Notes: generated from the letters alone by a model not told the origin. DNA of 34,030 nt from an uncultured Nitrososphaerota archaeon (GCA_964398605.1 CAYNNH010000003.1:1-34030); one strand, 5' to 3'; shown: positions 8,572 to 17,705, counted from the stretch's first letter. Numbers and translations are program-made.

Positions 8572-9666
8572 ATGGTCGGCGAAAGGCGTTCGAGGTTGCG
8601 GGTCGTCCACGTAGCCCCTTACTTCTACCCGTCAGGCGGAATTGAGGCCCACCTTTTCGAGCTAACGAAGAGGCTAGCGCGTTTGTGCGATGTCAAGATA
8701 TTGGCTTCCAAGCCCGGCAAAAATCTCGTGCTCCCTTGGGGCGCCGAAGTCGAGTACTTCAGCTCCGTCGATGCCGTAGCATTGCCCATTAAGCCCAAGG
8801 TGCGCTACCCTTTCCCATTCGGCATGCTCGCCAAAGTAGCCCAAGAAGAATGCGACGTGGTCCACGTGCACGGCCACCACTACCCCACCTCGTTCGTGGC
8901 GAGGAGGGCGTGCTCTCTTTCCCACAAGCCGTACGTGCTCACGGTCCACAGTCCGAGGACGATGCTCATGGAGCACGCCATCGTGAGGCAGGTGCGCAAG
9001 ATCCTCGACAAGGAGATCAGGAAGACCGTGGCGTCCGCCGAAGCGTGCATAGCGGTTACCGAAAAAGTGAGGCGGTATTTGGAGGAATTCTTCGAGCCTA
9101 AGCGCGTAGAGCTAATTAGGCACGGCGTGGAGGTGCGGTTCCTCCCCGAGGGAGAGGACGTCGTGTTCGTCGGCAGACTCGTCGATTACAAGCACCCGGA
9201 TGTCTTCGTTCGAGCGGCCGCCAAGATAGCGAAGGAGATCCCGGCGAAGTTCTACGTGGTGGGCGGAGGTCCCTTGCTCGGAGAGCTGAAGCGTTTGTGC
9301 AAGGAGCTCGGCGTGGGAAAAAGGATCGTGTTCGCAGGCCAACTGCCGAGAAGAAAGGTTAGAGAATATGTGAGAAGGGCGAGGGTCTTCGTCGCTCCGT
9401 ATTTGACTGGCGGTTTAGCCGTTCTCGAGGCCTTAGCCATGGGGAGGGTCGTGGTCGGGATGAGGGGGGACGAGCCCACGGACCAAGTTATCCTCCAGAT
9501 AGAGAGCTTGGATGTGGAGGAAGTAGCTGAAAAAGTGCTTTCGGCATACTTAGACGAGAAATTGAGGAGGAGTTTGCTGGAAAAAACCAAAGAAGTCCTC
9601 AAGCGCTACTATAGCTGGGAAGAGTGCATTAGGAAGCACATGAAAATTTACGAGGCTTTAGCCTAA
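8572..9666 (+). CDS. GT-B fold glycosyltransferase, family 4-like
   Basis: LRVVHVAPYFYPSGGIEAH N-terminal signature. C-terminal half has VVFVGRLVDYKHPDV...FYVVGGGP...VFVAPYLTGGLAVLEALAMGRVVVG. The track ORF starts at 8293, but that part is antisense overlap with the divergent GT2 gene. ATG at 8572 (hand-checked) gives a standard 364-aa enzyme. Confidence 0.8.
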   Translation: MVGERRSRLRVVHVAPYFYPSGGIEAHLFELTKRLARLCDVKILASKPGKNLVLPWGAEVEYFSSVDAVALPIKPKVRYPFPFGMLAKVAQEECDVVHVHGHHYPTSFVARRACSLSHKPYVLTVHSPRTMLMEHAIVRQVRKILDKEIRKTVASAEACIAVTEKVRRYLEEFFEPKRVELIRHGVEVRFLPEGEDVVFVGRLVDYKHPDVFVRAAAKIAKEIPAKFYVVGGGPLLGELKRLCKELGVGKRIVFAGQLPRRKVREYVRRARVFVAPYLTGGLAVLEALAMGRVVVGMRGDEPTDQVILQIESLDVEEVAEKVLSAYLDEKLRRSLLEKTKEVLKRYYSWEECIRKHMKIYEALA

Positions 9667-9694
9667 CCTCAAAACGGCTCGCGAGCAAAATAAT

Positions 9695-10441
9695 GTGGGA
9701 AAGAAATCCGTCGAGGTAAGCGTAATCGTTCCCGTCCATAACGAAGCTAGTATCCTCGAGAAATCGGTGAAGGAGATTGAAAAGTTCGTCAGGAAGCTAA
9801 CCGACGACTACGAGCTGATTATAGCCGAAGATGGAAGCACCGATGGGAGCTACGAAATAGCCCTGAAGCTGGCGCAGTCGAACCCGAGGATAAAGGTCTT
9901 CCACAAGAATGTCCGCGTGGGGAAGGGCACGGCGATCAAGGAAGCGAGCATGGTAGCTTCCGGGAACGTCGTGGCGTTCATAGATGTGGACTTGTCGCCG
10001 GATCCTGCTTTCTTGCCGGTAATCATCAGGAAAGCGAGGGAGGTTAACGGGGTCGCCGTGGGCTCTCGTCTGGCGAAGGGAGCGATCATAAGGGGGGCGA
10101 AGCGCGCCCTCTTGAGCTTAGTCTATAATACTTTGGTCAGAATTTTATTCCGCGACGGGATAAGCGACCACCAGTGCGGCCTCAAGGCGTGGGTCAAGGA
10201 GGTGAATCGCCGAATCGTGCCGAAGACGAGGAAAAGCTGGTTTTTCTGGGACACGGAGCTCATCGTGAGGAGCAAGGTGGAGGGGTTCAACGTGGTGGAA
10301 GTTCCCATCAGGTGGACGCGGAAGGCGAAGTTCGGCGCGAGGAGGTCCCGCGTTAAGATATGGAAAGATTCGGCTTGGATGCTCGCGGGGGTCGTTTGGC
10401 TCTTCTTCAGGCTATTGAAGGAAGGAAAGCTGAGAATTTGA
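9695..10441 (+). CDS. GT2 dolichyl-phosphate hexose (glucose)-synthase-like enzyme with C-terminal TM
   Basis: VSVIVPVHNEASIL, IIAEDGSTDGS and AFIDVDLS (DxD). C-terminal hydrophobic helix SAWMLAGVVWLFFRLL. GTG start hand-checked. Confidence 0.85.
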   Translation: MGKKSVEVSVIVPVHNEASILEKSVKEIEKFVRKLTDDYELIIAEDGSTDGSYEIALKLAQSNPRIKVFHKNVRVGKGTAIKEASMVASGNVVAFIDVDLSPDPAFLPVIIRKAREVNGVAVGSRLAKGAIIRGAKRALLSLVYNTLVRILFRDGISDHQCGLKAWVKEVNRRIVPKTRKSWFFWDTELIVRSKVEGFNVVEVPIRWTRKAKFGARRSRVKIWKDSAWMLAGVVWLFFRLLKEGKLRI

Positions 10442-10446
10442 GCTAG

Positions 10447-10456
10447 TTTTTATTTT
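10447..10456 (+). promoter_or_regulatory. TTTTTATTTT tract: possible oligo-T terminator for the upstream gene and/or TATA box for the next
   Basis: Lies 6 nt after the TGA at 10439-10441. Its centre is about 23 nt upstream of GTG 10475. Confidence 0.3.
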
Positions 10457-10474
10457 GACGCACGCTATTAGCGA

Positions 10475-11953
10475 GTGGAAGAAACGAAGGTGATTTTCGT
10501 AGGTGTGGACGGGGCCTCTTGGGAAGTAATTAGGCCCCTAATGGAGCTTGGGGAATTAAGGGGGTTTGGGATGCTCGCGTCCGAGGGGGCGTGGGGGGTC
10601 CTCAAGTCCACCATGCCCCCGGTGAGCGCCCCTGCTTGGGTTTCCATGTTTACCGGGAAAAACCCGGGGAAGCACGGAATTTTTGACTTCGTTTACCCGA
10701 CCCCGCATGGCTTGCGCTTGCACAAATCGACGGACGTTAAGACGAGCACGCTCTTCGAATATTTAGCTCTCTTGGGGAGGCGTTGCGTAGTTATCGGGCT
10801 CCCCCTTTCTTACCCCCCGAAAGGCCTTTTCAACGGCATCATGTTTTCGGACTTCCTCTATCCCCGCATAAGCGTCTTCCCGAGCTCGAAGTCCCATTAC
10901 CTGAAGCGTAGCGGCTACAAGCCCGTCGCCGACACGACAAAGAGGGGGATATCGCTCATAGGAGAGGCCCTCGAAACCCTTCGGAGGAGACTGGATTTAG
11001 CGAAAACTCTCCTGCTTGAGGAGGAATGGGACTTCTTCTTCGTCTGGATCGGGGAAACGGACACTTTGTCGCACCCGTTTTGGAAAGAAATGGTTGAAGG
11101 GAGCAAGGTAGGGCGGAAAGCTTGCCAGACTTATCGCTACGTGGACGCGTTCCTCCGGTGGATCTTGAGGAAGTTCGGAGACGATTCCGCCATCTTCGTG
11201 GCGTCGGATCACGGCTTCCAATACGTCCCCTACGAGGTGAGGCTGAACGCTTTGTTCAAGGCTCTGGGGCTTTTGGAGGTAAGGAAAGGAGCGGAAAAGG
11301 CGATCTCGGAGAGATCTTTCGAATGCGCGCTCACGAGGCGATTGCGTAGCAGGGTGGCGGCCAAGCTCGTCTTCGAGGGAATTTCCCTGGTTCGAAGCAT
11401 GCTTGGACAAGCCATCCCCAGCATCGACTACGAGAACTCGGTTTTCGTCCCCACGATGGAAGCCCTCGGCGTCTACGTGCGCAAGTCCACGGCGCGCGAA
11501 ATCGCCCTTCTCTTGCGAAAAATGACTTACAAGGGCAGACGCGTGTTCAGGACGGTGAAGTTGAGGGAAGAAGTTTATTCAGGGCCCTACGTAGAGCAAG
11601 CGCCGCACGTTCTCTTCCTGCCCGACGGTTTCTTGGTATCTCCCAGCTTGAGGGGGAGCTTGTTCGCGAAATCGAAGCTACAGGGCTACCATGACGAGAA
11701 CGGAGTTCTGATCGCCTACGGGGAGGGGATAAAGCGCGGCGAAATAACCAGTGCTTGCATTTACGACGTTTTGCCAACCCTCCTACATATGTTCGACCTG
11801 CCTCTGCCTAACGACCTAGACGGAAGGATTCTGCCGATTTTCGAGAAGGGGAGCGTCTATGATAAAAAAGCGACTTACGTCGACACAAGAGCCTACAAGG
11901 AGGTCATTCAAATAAAGAAATTGGCCAAGAAATTAACCGATGAGAGGAAATAA
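10475..11953 (+). CDS. Alkaline-phosphatase superfamily protein, nucleotide pyrophosphatase/phosphodiesterase (NPP)-like, soluble (paralog 1)
   Basis: VIFVGVDGASWEV, STMPPVSAPAWVSMFTGKNPGKHGI, FVASDHGF and GYHDENGVLIAYG match the metal-ligand and nucleophile layout of the Phosphodiest/AP family. Clear paralog of 14920..16296. An alternative GTG start lies at 10490. The 3' end overlaps the next gene by 14 nt. Confidence 0.8.
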   Translation: MEETKVIFVGVDGASWEVIRPLMELGELRGFGMLASEGAWGVLKSTMPPVSAPAWVSMFTGKNPGKHGIFDFVYPTPHGLRLHKSTDVKTSTLFEYLALLGRRCVVIGLPLSYPPKGLFNGIMFSDFLYPRISVFPSSKSHYLKRSGYKPVADTTKRGISLIGEALETLRRRLDLAKTLLLEEEWDFFFVWIGETDTLSHPFWKEMVEGSKVGRKACQTYRYVDAFLRWILRKFGDDSAIFVASDHGFQYVPYEVRLNALFKALGLLEVRKGAEKAISERSFECALTRRLRSRVAAKLVFEGISLVRSMLGQAIPSIDYENSVFVPTMEALGVYVRKSTAREIALLLRKMTYKGRRVFRTVKLREEVYSGPYVEQAPHVLFLPDGFLVSPSLRGSLFAKSKLQGYHDENGVLIAYGEGIKRGEITSACIYDVLPTLLHMFDLPLPNDLDGRILPIFEKGSVYDKKATYVDTRAYKEVIQIKKLAKKLTDERK

Positions 11954-14378
11954 CAAGCTTGAGTTAGTTATCATAGGATTAGGCGTTATCTCGGCTTTAA
12001 CTTTGGCGCTTTACTGGAGGGGGACTCTCTGGGGCGATCACATCTTCATAGACATGCCGAACCACGCCACTTCGGCTTGGTATTACGCGGAATACTTCCC
12101 GGGAATACCGCCGAACTGGTTTCCGTATTGGTACACGGGAAAGCCCTTCCCGGGGCTCTACCCGCCCTTCCCCTACTTCATCGGGGGCGTGTTCTACTCC
12201 CTAAGCCGAGACCCGTTCGCGACGACGAAGGTCATGTGCCTCCTCTCAATAATCCTAAGCGGCTTCCTCGCCTTCCTCACCTTAAGGCACTTAGTTGGGG
12301 ATTGGAAGCCCGCCCTCTTAGGAGCGGCCGTGTGGATAGCCGCCCACAACAGGCTAGTCATAATGGGAATTGGGAATTACCCGAAGCTTTTCTCGTCCAT
12401 ATTCCTCTGGCTGTTGCTTTACTCTCTGGCCAAGCTACAGGAAGAGGTGAGCCTAGAAAGGGTACTGGTCTTGTCGGTAGTCGTGGCGGGGCTCTTGCTT
12501 TCCAACGTAACGGAGGCTATTCTGGGTTTCGTACTCGGCGTCCTCTGGTGGTTCCCCGAAGTGTTCAGGAAAGGGACTTGGAAATTCATTTGGGCGGCTT
12601 TGGCGGGAGCGTTGTTGGGCGTTGGGCTCGCCGCCTTCTGGTGGGTGGAAGTCATCGTGTACCCCAAGCTCTTCCAAATGGCCGCCCCCGTCCAACCGGG
12701 CGCTACTCTACGCATGCCCAACCTCGCGGACTACGAAAAGTGGTTCGGGATGGTTCCCCTTGCGCTCGCCTTTGTCGGCCTGAGGTACTATTGGAACAGA
12801 AAGCCTGCTTTGGTCGCTTTGGGAGCCTTGATATTCGCGTTGCTGAAAGTCACGGCCCCCGAGGCTCTCGTAACCCCCTTCTTGGTTCAGCTTCCCTTCA
12901 CATACGCCCTGCCCCTCGGAACCCTCGGGCTCAGCATCCTAGGAAGCTACGCGGCTAAGAAAGTGCTCTCCAGCGGTAAGTTTTCGCTAAGAGGTCGAGA
13001 ATTCATTCTCTTTGCCCTGATCGCGCTCGTAATTGCCGAGGGAATGTACCACGCGTACACGTATCCCGTGCTTTCCCAGCATCCGCTCCGCTCCCCGGAA
13101 ATCCAAGAATTCTTGTCCCCCGACTGGAAGTACCGGGTCTATGGACCGGAATATGATTGGACCTTATCGAGTGTGCTCCCCTCCCGCGTTGAGGGAAGTA
13201 CTCTTAATGGGTGGGACATCGTCGACTCCCCTTGGGGCTTGGTCAGCTTCGTCTTGAGCTACGAGAAGTCGAACCTCGCCACCCCGCAGGACTACGCGCG
13301 TTTCATGGAGTTCCTCGGCGTCAGGTACTACGTGGCCAAGAAAGGGGATGTGCGCTTCCGCCTCATCAACTCCTCAGGGCGCTACGTCGCCGATGGAGAG
13401 GTGGGCAAAGGCTATGTGCTCTTCGAGCACGTGGGCAAGTTGAACATGTGCTCCGCTTTGCTCCCCACGGCCTTCGTAGGGGATAAGTATCACGCGGATC
13501 TGTTCCTTCCCGTCTTCCTCGAAAAGCCGCTCGTAGTGGTCGAAGAAAGGCTCGACCTCATCGAGCCCGAAAGTCTACGATCCTACGAGGTCGTTATACT
13601 CCATGGAGTAGACAGTCCTGTCGGCATATGCCCCGACTACGACACCATAAGGGAGCGGGTTCTCGAATTGGCGGAGGAAGGAAAGACGGTGATCCTCTGC
13701 GTCGACGGAACTACCTGCCTGTACGAGAGCGAGCTTTTCGGCGTGACCGTCCACTTGGGCAAGCTGTACGGCGAGGTGAGCTACTCCGGATCCGTAGCTG
13801 GGGTGGACTATTCCCGCTTCTCGCCGGCGATTTGGGAAGGAGGGCCGTGGAACTTCGCGTACTTCGAAGGGGGGAGGACGTTGTTACGGGTGGAAAATTA
13901 CAGCGTGGTCGTCGAGCGGGAGCTGAAGAACGGGAAAATCATCTTCGTGGGCTACAACTTGCCCTACCACGCGACCTACCACGAGAACGCCGAAGAAGTG
14001 CTTTTCCTGAGGAAATTGCTGGTAAGGGGCGTAAAAGGAGAAGGGGTTTTCGAACCTCTGGACGCGACGAACTACGTGCTTCGCGTGAACTTAACTCAAC
14101 CGGCCATCGTAGGGATCCCCCTCACTTACTACGCGGGCATTCGATCCTCGGAAGGAAAGGTTATACCGACGGAGCTTGACTTGTGCGCCCTCTACGTTCC
14201 CGCGGGCGAGTATACCATCCACATATCCGTTGGGCGAACGGACGAGGAAAGGAACGCTACGATCGCTTCCTTAGGCTTGTGGCTTGCCGTGATTGCTCTC
14301 TTTTTGATAAGGATGACGGAATGGACCGAGTTCAAGAAACGCCTATCGAAGCTACGCTTCCTGCTCCAAAAAAGCTAG
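11940..14378 (+). CDS. Large integral membrane protein, GT-C/YfhO-like putative glycosyltransferase (paralog B)
   Basis: Many N-terminal TMs. First-loop motifs WGDHIFIDMPNH and WFPYWYTGKPFPGLYPP. Large extracytoplasmic domain whose segment EEGKTVILCVDG...GGRTLLRV...GKIIFVGYN aligns by eye with paralog A (EKGFPIVVFTDQ...GGRTVIGY...GLAYFVGMN). C-terminal TM anchor LGLWLAVIALFLI plus a basic tail. ATG at 11940 hand-checked. Confidence 0.7.
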   Translation: MRGNNKLELVIIGLGVISALTLALYWRGTLWGDHIFIDMPNHATSAWYYAEYFPGIPPNWFPYWYTGKPFPGLYPPFPYFIGGVFYSLSRDPFATTKVMCLLSIILSGFLAFLTLRHLVGDWKPALLGAAVWIAAHNRLVIMGIGNYPKLFSSIFLWLLLYSLAKLQEEVSLERVLVLSVVVAGLLLSNVTEAILGFVLGVLWWFPEVFRKGTWKFIWAALAGALLGVGLAAFWWVEVIVYPKLFQMAAPVQPGATLRMPNLADYEKWFGMVPLALAFVGLRYYWNRKPALVALGALIFALLKVTAPEALVTPFLVQLPFTYALPLGTLGLSILGSYAAKKVLSSGKFSLRGREFILFALIALVIAEGMYHAYTYPVLSQHPLRSPEIQEFLSPDWKYRVYGPEYDWTLSSVLPSRVEGSTLNGWDIVDSPWGLVSFVLSYEKSNLATPQDYARFMEFLGVRYYVAKKGDVRFRLINSSGRYVADGEVGKGYVLFEHVGKLNMCSALLPTAFVGDKYHADLFLPVFLEKPLVVVEERLDLIEPESLRSYEVVILHGVDSPVGICPDYDTIRERVLELAEEGKTVILCVDGTTCLYESELFGVTVHLGKLYGEVSYSGSVAGVDYSRFSPAIWEGGPWNFAYFEGGRTLLRVENYSVVVERELKNGKIIFVGYNLPYHATYHENAEEVLFLRKLLVRGVKGEGVFEPLDATNYVLRVNLTQPAIVGIPLTYYAGIRSSEGKVIPTELDLCALYVPAGEYTIHISVGRTDEERNATIASLGLWLAVIALFLIRMTEWTEFKKRLSKLRFLLQKS

Positions 14379-14923
14379 CGGATTATCCCCCTTTCCCTGA
14401 GGAAATCGAGGACTTTTCGGACGCTCTCTTCCACCGTTTCCTTGTCCGTTTCCAGAATTAAGTCGGCCGGGGGATCAGTGGGCTCTTCGTACACGTCGCT
14501 GACGCCCGTGAAGTCCTTTATTTCCCCCCTCAAGGCCTTCGCGTACATCCCCTTCACGTCCCTCTCCATGCACACCTCGACGGGGCACTTCGTCCAGACG
14601 AGGAGGAACTTCTCGGGTCCTATGATCTCCCTTATCTCGCGCCTCACGTCGTTGTAGGGCGAGACGAAGGTGGCGAGGACTATGACTCCGTTCCTCGAAA
14701 GCAACTTGCATATGAAGGCCGCCCTGTGGAGGTTCTTGCGCCTATCTTCCTTCGAGAAGCCCAAGTCCCTAGAAATGGGGCTCTTCCGCAACATGTCGCC
14801 GTCGAGCCTCTCGGCGCGGTAGTTCATCTTCCGCAAGATCTCGGCAACTCGATCGGCCACCGTTGACTTGCCGCTACACGGAAGTCCCGTGAACCAAACG
14901 GTCACTCCTTCCGTTTCCTTCAA
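14375..14923 (-). CDS. cysC: Adenylylsulfate (APS) kinase
   Basis: GVTVWFTGLPCSGKSTVA (P-loop), LDGDMLR, LGFSKEDRRKNL, RDVKGMYAKALRGEIKDFTGVSDVYEEP. The track start 15064 adds 47 Arg/Gly-rich residues that overlap the upstream gene. TTG at 14923 (hand-checked) overlaps the upstream TGA as TTGA and gives a normal 182-aa kinase. The start is therefore inferred. Confidence 0.9.
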   Translation of the reverse strand: MKETEGVTVWFTGLPCSGKSTVADRVAEILRKMNYRAERLDGDMLRKSPISRDLGFSKEDRRKNLHRAAFICKLLSRNGVIVLATFVSPYNDVRREIREIIGPEKFLLVWTKCPVEVCMERDVKGMYAKALRGEIKDFTGVSDVYEEPTDPPADLILETDKETVEESVRKVLDFLRERGIIR

Positions 14924-16296
14924 ATTATGGACCTCCCCCTCACGCCCTCGGGAATGGGCAACTCGAAGAATTCGAGGATCGTTGGGGCGATGTCCTCTAT
15001 CCTCGCGTCCACGCGGCCCTCCTTCCCGCCTTCGGGGTCGTAGAATATGAAGAGCCCGTCCCAATCGTGGACGGCGTCATCGGGACCTTTGTCGTTCCTG
15101 TCGAGGTAGAAGGTTTCCCACCCGATCGTGCCAGCGGAGCGGTAGGAAAGGTCGTCGAAGAAAGCCATCAGGTCGGGAGGATCCCCTTTTATCGTGGCGT
15201 ACACGTCCTCAGGTTTGACGACTTTGTTCTCCCATTTCTCGCCGTTGGGACCGCGGACTTTCTCAAGCTCCCTCGCGAGTTCGTTTCGAACATCCTCATA
15301 CTCCTCGGGCTCGACGACGCCCTTCATTTCCCTCCCTTTGACGTTGATGAAGACCCTCGCGTAGTACCCTCCCCACCCCCAAGCGACGGTGCGCTCCCAA
15401 TCGACCTCCGCGTCCTTCAGGTCGACCACCCCTTTCGGTCGCCCCTTCAGCTTGAGGTACCCCTGCTCGATGAGCCACTCGTTGATGCAGAAGCAACCCT
15501 TCATGCGCTTGGCGCCGTGATCGGAAACCACCAGAACGGCGGCATCTTCCCCCACGCGTTCTAAGAGCTCCCCGATCCATCGATCGACGAACTTGTAGTA
15601 TTCGAGGATCACGTCGGCGTACGGGCTGTTCTCCTCGTGGAGGTGGTGCTCGGGATCCATGTACCTCCAGAAGGCGTGGTGAACGCGATCGACGCCTATT
15701 TCGACGAACCAGAAGAGGGACCAGTCCTTGTATTGCCCGAGCAAGAAGTCGATCGCCTTAAAATGCTGCTCCGTCATTTCGAAGAGCTCCCTTTTAATTC
15801 TGTCCTTCTCCTCGGAGCGGTAGAGGATGTCGAAGCGGTAATCGCCTCCCGTGTGGGCGAGTATCCGCTCCTTAAGGTGCTCGGGGTACGTCCACTTCGA
15901 ATTCACGTCGGGCGTTATGAAGCCCGAGACCATGCACCCCTTCACCGGCTTCGGCGGGTAACTCGGGGGAACGCCCACTATGATGCTCTTCGCTCCACGT
16001 TCGCCCAGCAAGTCCCACACGGTCGGTTCCTCGACCTTGAGCGAGTTCGCGATCCATATCTCGGTGTACGAATACGCCTTCCTGTGCCTGAAGCCGTAAA
16101 GCCCCAGCTGGCCGGGGTCTTTGCCCGTCGCCATGACCATCCACGCGGGGATCGTGATCGGCGGGATGGTCGAGTACAATCGCCCGCTCAGACCGTTCTC
16201 GTAGAGGAAGCGCAAATTGGGCAACTCGTCCTTGAACTCGTCGAAGACGAGCGACGGCTCGGCGCAATCTAGTCCGATGATGAAGAGCTTCTTCAT
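14920..16296 (-). CDS. Alkaline-phosphatase superfamily protein, NPP/phosphodiesterase-like, soluble (paralog 2), embedded between sat and cysC
   Basis: LFIIGLDCAEPSL, STIPPITIPAWMVMATGKDPGQLGL, LVVSDHGAK and AVHDWDGLFIFY. ATG at 16296 overlaps the sat stop as ATGA (hand-checked). Confidence 0.8.
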   Translation of the reverse strand: MKKLFIIGLDCAEPSLVFDEFKDELPNLRFLYENGLSGRLYSTIPPITIPAWMVMATGKDPGQLGLYGFRHRKAYSYTEIWIANSLKVEEPTVWDLLGERGAKSIIVGVPPSYPPKPVKGCMVSGFITPDVNSKWTYPEHLKERILAHTGGDYRFDILYRSEEKDRIKRELFEMTEQHFKAIDFLLGQYKDWSLFWFVEIGVDRVHHAFWRYMDPEHHLHEENSPYADVILEYYKFVDRWIGELLERVGEDAAVLVVSDHGAKRMKGCFCINEWLIEQGYLKLKGRPKGVVDLKDAEVDWERTVAWGWGGYYARVFINVKGREMKGVVEPEEYEDVRNELARELEKVRGPNGEKWENKVVKPEDVYATIKGDPPDLMAFFDDLSYRSAGTIGWETFYLDRNDKGPDDAVHDWDGLFIFYDPEGGKEGRVDARIEDIAPTILEFFELPIPEGVRGRSII

Positions 16297-17429
16297 TTCA
16301 CGAAAGGCTCTTCGAATTGGGCGATTACTTCCGCCACTTCGGGCCTCATCATGGTTTCGGGCGGCTTTTCGCCCCTAAGGAACATCTTCCTAATCTTCGT
16401 GCCGGAGAAGTCGACGCGATACTCGTTTCCGTGGGGGCATATTTTCTCGTTCACGATCCCCCCGCACCGCTTGCAGTAGAAGAAGGAGCGGAAGAAGAGA
16501 GGAGTTATGCCTAGGTCGGGGTATTCGCGGAAGATGTCCCACGCCTCGTAGGGGCCGTAGAAGTTGCCCACTCCCGCGTGATCCCGCCCGACGATGAAGT
16601 GCGTGCAACCGAAGTTCTTCCTGATGATGGCATGGAATATGGCTTCCCTAGGCCCTGCGTAACGCATCTCGGTTTCGAGAACGGCGAGGACGACGGAATT
16701 CTTGGGGTAATAATGATCCAGCAGGACTTCGTAAGCCCGAATGATGACCTCGTCCTTGAAGTCCCCCGGCTTCTTCTTCCCTATCAGAGGGTTTATGAAC
16801 AAGCCATCCACGAACGTTAGGGCCGCTTTCTGAACGTATTCATGTCCCAAGTGAGGGGCGTTCCTAGTTTGGAAGCCGACGACGGTCTTCCAGCCCTTCT
16901 CCTTGAAAAGAATCCGCGTTTCCTTCGGCCACAAACGATAACGCTCGAAGTCGCTTGGCGGATCTTTTAACAGCGTGATCTTCCCCCCGACGAGGAAGTC
17001 CTCTTTCTTCATGAGCTCGGCCACGCCTGGGTGGCTCACGTCGGTCGTCTTGAACACCTTTTCGGCGTAGAGCTTCTTGTCGTAGCGGTAAATTTCCTCG
17101 ATTTCGAGCAACCCCATCGGCTCGTCCTTGTAGAACAGGGCGATTTGGTCGCCTTCGATAATCTCCTTTATCTCCTTGCGGCTTATGTCCATGACGATGG
17201 GAATTGTCCAAGGGAGGTCGTTCGACAGCCTCCCCTCGTAGAGCACGTTCTCGAAGTCCTCGCGCAACATGTAGCCCTCTAGGGGCGAGAAAACCCCGTG
17301 ACCGATGTTGGCGAGATCCCTCGCTTCGTCGAGAGAAATGTTCTTCCTAGGGAGTTCGAAGGCCTCTTCCCGCCGTTCTTCCCGGAAGTCTAGCCGCTCG
17401 ACTAATTTGCCTCCGTGGGGCAGGACCAT
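16293..17429 (-). CDS. sat: Sulfate adenylyltransferase (ATP sulfurylase)
   Basis: GFQTRNAPHLGHEY and FIVGRDHAGVGNFYGPYEA motifs, with a PUA-like N-terminal domain and a length of 378 aa. ATG at 17429 hand-checked. Confidence 0.92.
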   Translation of the reverse strand: MVLPHGGKLVERLDFREERREEAFELPRKNISLDEARDLANIGHGVFSPLEGYMLREDFENVLYEGRLSNDLPWTIPIVMDISRKEIKEIIEGDQIALFYKDEPMGLLEIEEIYRYDKKLYAEKVFKTTDVSHPGVAELMKKEDFLVGGKITLLKDPPSDFERYRLWPKETRILFKEKGWKTVVGFQTRNAPHLGHEYVQKAALTFVDGLFINPLIGKKKPGDFKDEVIIRAYEVLLDHYYPKNSVVLAVLETEMRYAGPREAIFHAIIRKNFGCTHFIVGRDHAGVGNFYGPYEAWDIFREYPDLGITPLFFRSFFYCKRCGGIVNEKICPHGNEYRVDFSGTKIRKMFLRGEKPPETMMRPEVAEVIAQFEEPFVK

Positions 17430-17431
17430 CG

Positions 17432-17683
17432 CTAATCGAGGTAGCCTAAAGCCCTAAGGCGGGCTTTTACTTTTTCCTCGTCCTCCTTGGAGAAGGGCTC
17501 TTCTTCCTTCTCGACTTCGGCGAGGACTTCCCTTAAGACGAAGGTAACGTAGCTACTGACCGAAGTGAAGCCCGTGCCCTTGATACGTTCCTTGATCTTG
17601 TTGTAGAGGGGCGTAGGGATCGAAATAGTAGTGAAGCGACGTTCTTTCTTGGCCTCTTCCTTCTCTTTTTCTTCTTTCGACAT
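17432..17683 (-). CDS. Ribbon-helix-helix (CopG/Arc/MetJ-type) DNA-binding protein, probable regulator of the sat operon
   Basis: 83 aa. A charged N-terminus is followed by RRFTTISIPTPLYNKIKERIKGTGFTSVSSYVTFVLREVL, a beta-strand plus two helices typical of RHH. The stop is 2 nt before the sat ATG. Confidence 0.7.
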   Translation of the reverse strand: MSKEEKEKEEAKKERRFTTISIPTPLYNKIKERIKGTGFTSVSSYVTFVLREVLAEVEKEEEPFSKEDEEKVKARLRALGYLD

Positions 17684-17687
17684 CTTA

Positions 17688-17699
17688 ATGACATGTCAT
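17688..17699. promoter_or_regulatory. Perfect 12-bp palindrome ATGACATGTCAT, candidate operator
   Basis: Verified by hand to be self-complementary. It sits between the TATA-like box (17706-17712) and the RHH ATG (17683), a position from which a bound repressor would block transcription initiation. Confidence 0.4.
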
Positions 17700-17705
17700 G
17701 AGGGC

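Noticed and set aside
12077-12958. 293-aa plus-strand ORF in an alternative frame within GT-C-like paralog B
   Set aside because: The translation is Arg/Pro/Gly-rich without motifs, whereas the frame of the 812-aa protein gives coherent TM helices.
14924-15064. Extended 229-aa form of CysC
   Set aside because: The extra 47 residues (MGRALHILRPRRREGGPRGREDRG...) overlap the C-terminus of the upstream AP-family gene and are low-complexity. APS kinases normally start a few residues before the P-loop.
14920-16296. Possible sulfatase-type formylglycine motif in GLDCAEPS of the 458-aa AP-family protein
   Set aside because: The sequence C-A-E-P-S does not fit C/S-x-P-x-R, and it sits at the first metal-ligand position rather than the FGly position. 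The overall motif order is NPP/phosphodiesterase-like, not sulfatase-like.
17432-17683. RHH protein as the antitoxin of a toxin-antitoxin pair
   Set aside because: No toxin-like small ORF (RelE, ParE, VapC, etc.) is adjacent. The next gene, 2 nt downstream, is sat, so a dedicated operon regulator is the simpler reading.
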